A DNA stretch of 63,975 nt, filler included, from Basidioascus undulatus (Eukaryota): assembly GCA_000826855.1 (NCBI GenBank). It is 6 parts of 6 records of this genome, joined end to end, with 100 filler letters (N's around TTAATTAATTAA, not from the genome) between each part and the next. Parts side by side here need not be neighbours in the genome. Positions count along the whole stretch, not along the records: positions 54,539 to 63,975 come from JTLS01001255.1; 5 more parts are not named here. One strand, 5' to 3'. Both the position numbers and the translations under genes were made by a program. Below the pieces are notes generated by a model. It saw nothing but the letters and a program-made list of their open reading frames with translations, did no database searches and was not told the origin of the DNA. Positions 62,801-63,975 of the stretch are shown here, one piece after another. How positions within the stretch are numbered: position 1 is the stretch's first letter; the number at the start of each line of letters is the position of its first letter.

Positions 62801-63092
62801 CTAACTGATGGCCCAGGAATATGTTCCAGTGCCCAGCAGGTCGAATTTGGAGACGATCGTGAGGACGTTCAGAACAGCCAGCATCAATTTGATGGGGCAG
62901 GGCAGGTGAAGGCGGTGATAGTTGTCGAAGAGCTACATAACGTCTTCCAAAAGTACGTTAGTTGGTTTCCTTGCTGCTTGCGTCATTCGACGCACCCAAA
63001 AGGCCGATCGAGAAAATGGACGCGAACAGCGCACCAACGAAACATAATTATCTGATAGAAATATGCTCGCCAAATAGGGAATTGAAGAAGGA
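62801..63092 (-). pseudogene. Inverted, degenerate partial duplicate of the 3' exons of the neighbouring amino acid permease
   Basis: Reverse strand reads FFNSL, VGALFASIFSIGLL|GT and VM*LFDNYHRLHLPCPIKLMLAVLNVL...LLGTGTYSWAI. These are collinear with 61040-61400 (VGALFASIFSIGLL, VMWLFDNYHRLHLRCSIKLMLMAILNVL...LLGAGTYASAI). Confidence 0.88.
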
Positions 63093-63689
63093 GCATGGGT
63101 AAAGAGAATGAGTGTTATATGCCCAGAGTCACGGACACTCGTACGGATGGCCATTTGCATTTTGGGGAGGGTGATCTTCACCTTCGTAATTCAATCATGC
63201 CTTTAATTGCGACATTTTAATGCAAGACCAGAAGGACTGAAGAAAAGGCCTTTCGCCCAATCATTGACGATCAAAGGCCCTGCCTCTTTGCAGCTTCCCG
63301 ACGAAGCTGACCCTTTATGCAGTACAACAGCGTATCGATAGACGGATAATGGACGTCTTCAGGAGCCTTCTTAGCTGAACAGCCAATAAAAGAGCCGTGG
63401 GTAGTGCCCGATCATTGAATGACAGACGAGTATACTCAAGCGTTTCCTCCGTTATCCGTGTGAACCGGTTCGCCGTTGAACCGCCGTCCCTGTTCTTCTT
63501 ATGTAGTTTGTGGTCCGGTCCTCATGGTGGAACCGCTCATATTTGTCAAGCTACTCTTCTGACCAGGGCGTAAACAAGCAGACCGCTCTTGGCCTGCGTA
63601 CTCGTCCTGATACTGCCCAGTGCTTCCTTGCTGGACAGTGAACGTATGTTGGGTGTCTGCCAGAGGAATATAGTTGGTAGATCTAAAAG

Positions 63690-63975
63690 CAGTCTTTATT
63701 GACCCCTTGGTCCGAGCACTGAACACGGAGGCAGACCTTGCGTTTGACCGAGACAGCCGTACCATGCCAGCCTCCTACTTCTTTCCAGATGACGGTTCCA
63801 TTCTGACGCGAACCCATGCCGAGGCAGCCCGCCTGCTGGCGCGTGCTGAAGTATGGGCAGAGGAGCATGCATGCGCTTCAATGTGGCCAAGTGTGGTGTG
63901 GTCTCCCGCGACCCTGCACCACTCGCACTCTATGGACAGACCCTCCCCCATGTTCCCACTTACAAGTACCTTGGG
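63690..63975 (+). mobile_element. Non-LTR (LINE-type) retrotransposon reverse transcriptase fragment, degenerate; runs off the window
   Basis: VFIDPLVRAL...YFFPDD (FADD-like)...LLARAEVWAEEH, then a frameshift, then MRFNVAKCGVV...LYGQTLPHVPTYKYLG. This matches the C-terminal RT subdomains of non-LTR elements. Confidence 0.85.

Noticed and set aside
1..63975. Whole window as one gene cluster or multi-gene system
   Set aside because: The contigs are concatenated artificially, and within each contig the recognisable genes are functionally unrelated.
1..63975. Mating-type pheromone precursors, CRISPR arrays, rRNA
   Set aside because: No tandem CAAX-terminated peptide repeats, repeat-spacer arrays or rRNA-like sequence were seen. 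Very short genes could have been missed by eye.

Overview
This is eukaryotic, GC-rich, very intron-dense fungal DNA, most likely a basidiomycete and possibly Pucciniomycotina (inferred from gene content, short GT-AG introns and codon style). It is not one locus. Six contig pieces of about 10.8 kb or less are joined by artificial 100-nt linkers (N44-TTAATTAATTAA-N44), so neighbourhood across a linker means nothing. Recognisable genes: a SulP/STAS anion transporter, a GPI-anchored Kre9/Knh1-like Ser/Thr-rich protein, TRAPPII subunit TRS120, listerin E3 ligase RKR1/LTN1 (5'-truncated), KRE6/SKN1 glucan protein, MEMO1, an MscS-like channel (3'-truncated) and an AAAP amino-acid permease. Between them lie many decayed genes: an APH-like phosphotransferase, three F-box-like genes, a Zn2Cys6 factor, a BTB fragment, an inverted partial copy of the permease and a non-LTR reverse transcriptase fragment. 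The most notable observations are two very divergent Rtt107/Brc1-like multi-BRCT paralogs on one contig, predicted 2-nt and 3-nt microexons, and GC-AG introns inside conserved motifs. I found no tRNA, rRNA or CRISPR array, and no convincing novel multi-gene system. Exon boundaries were read by eye and family calls rest on recalled motifs, not database searches.
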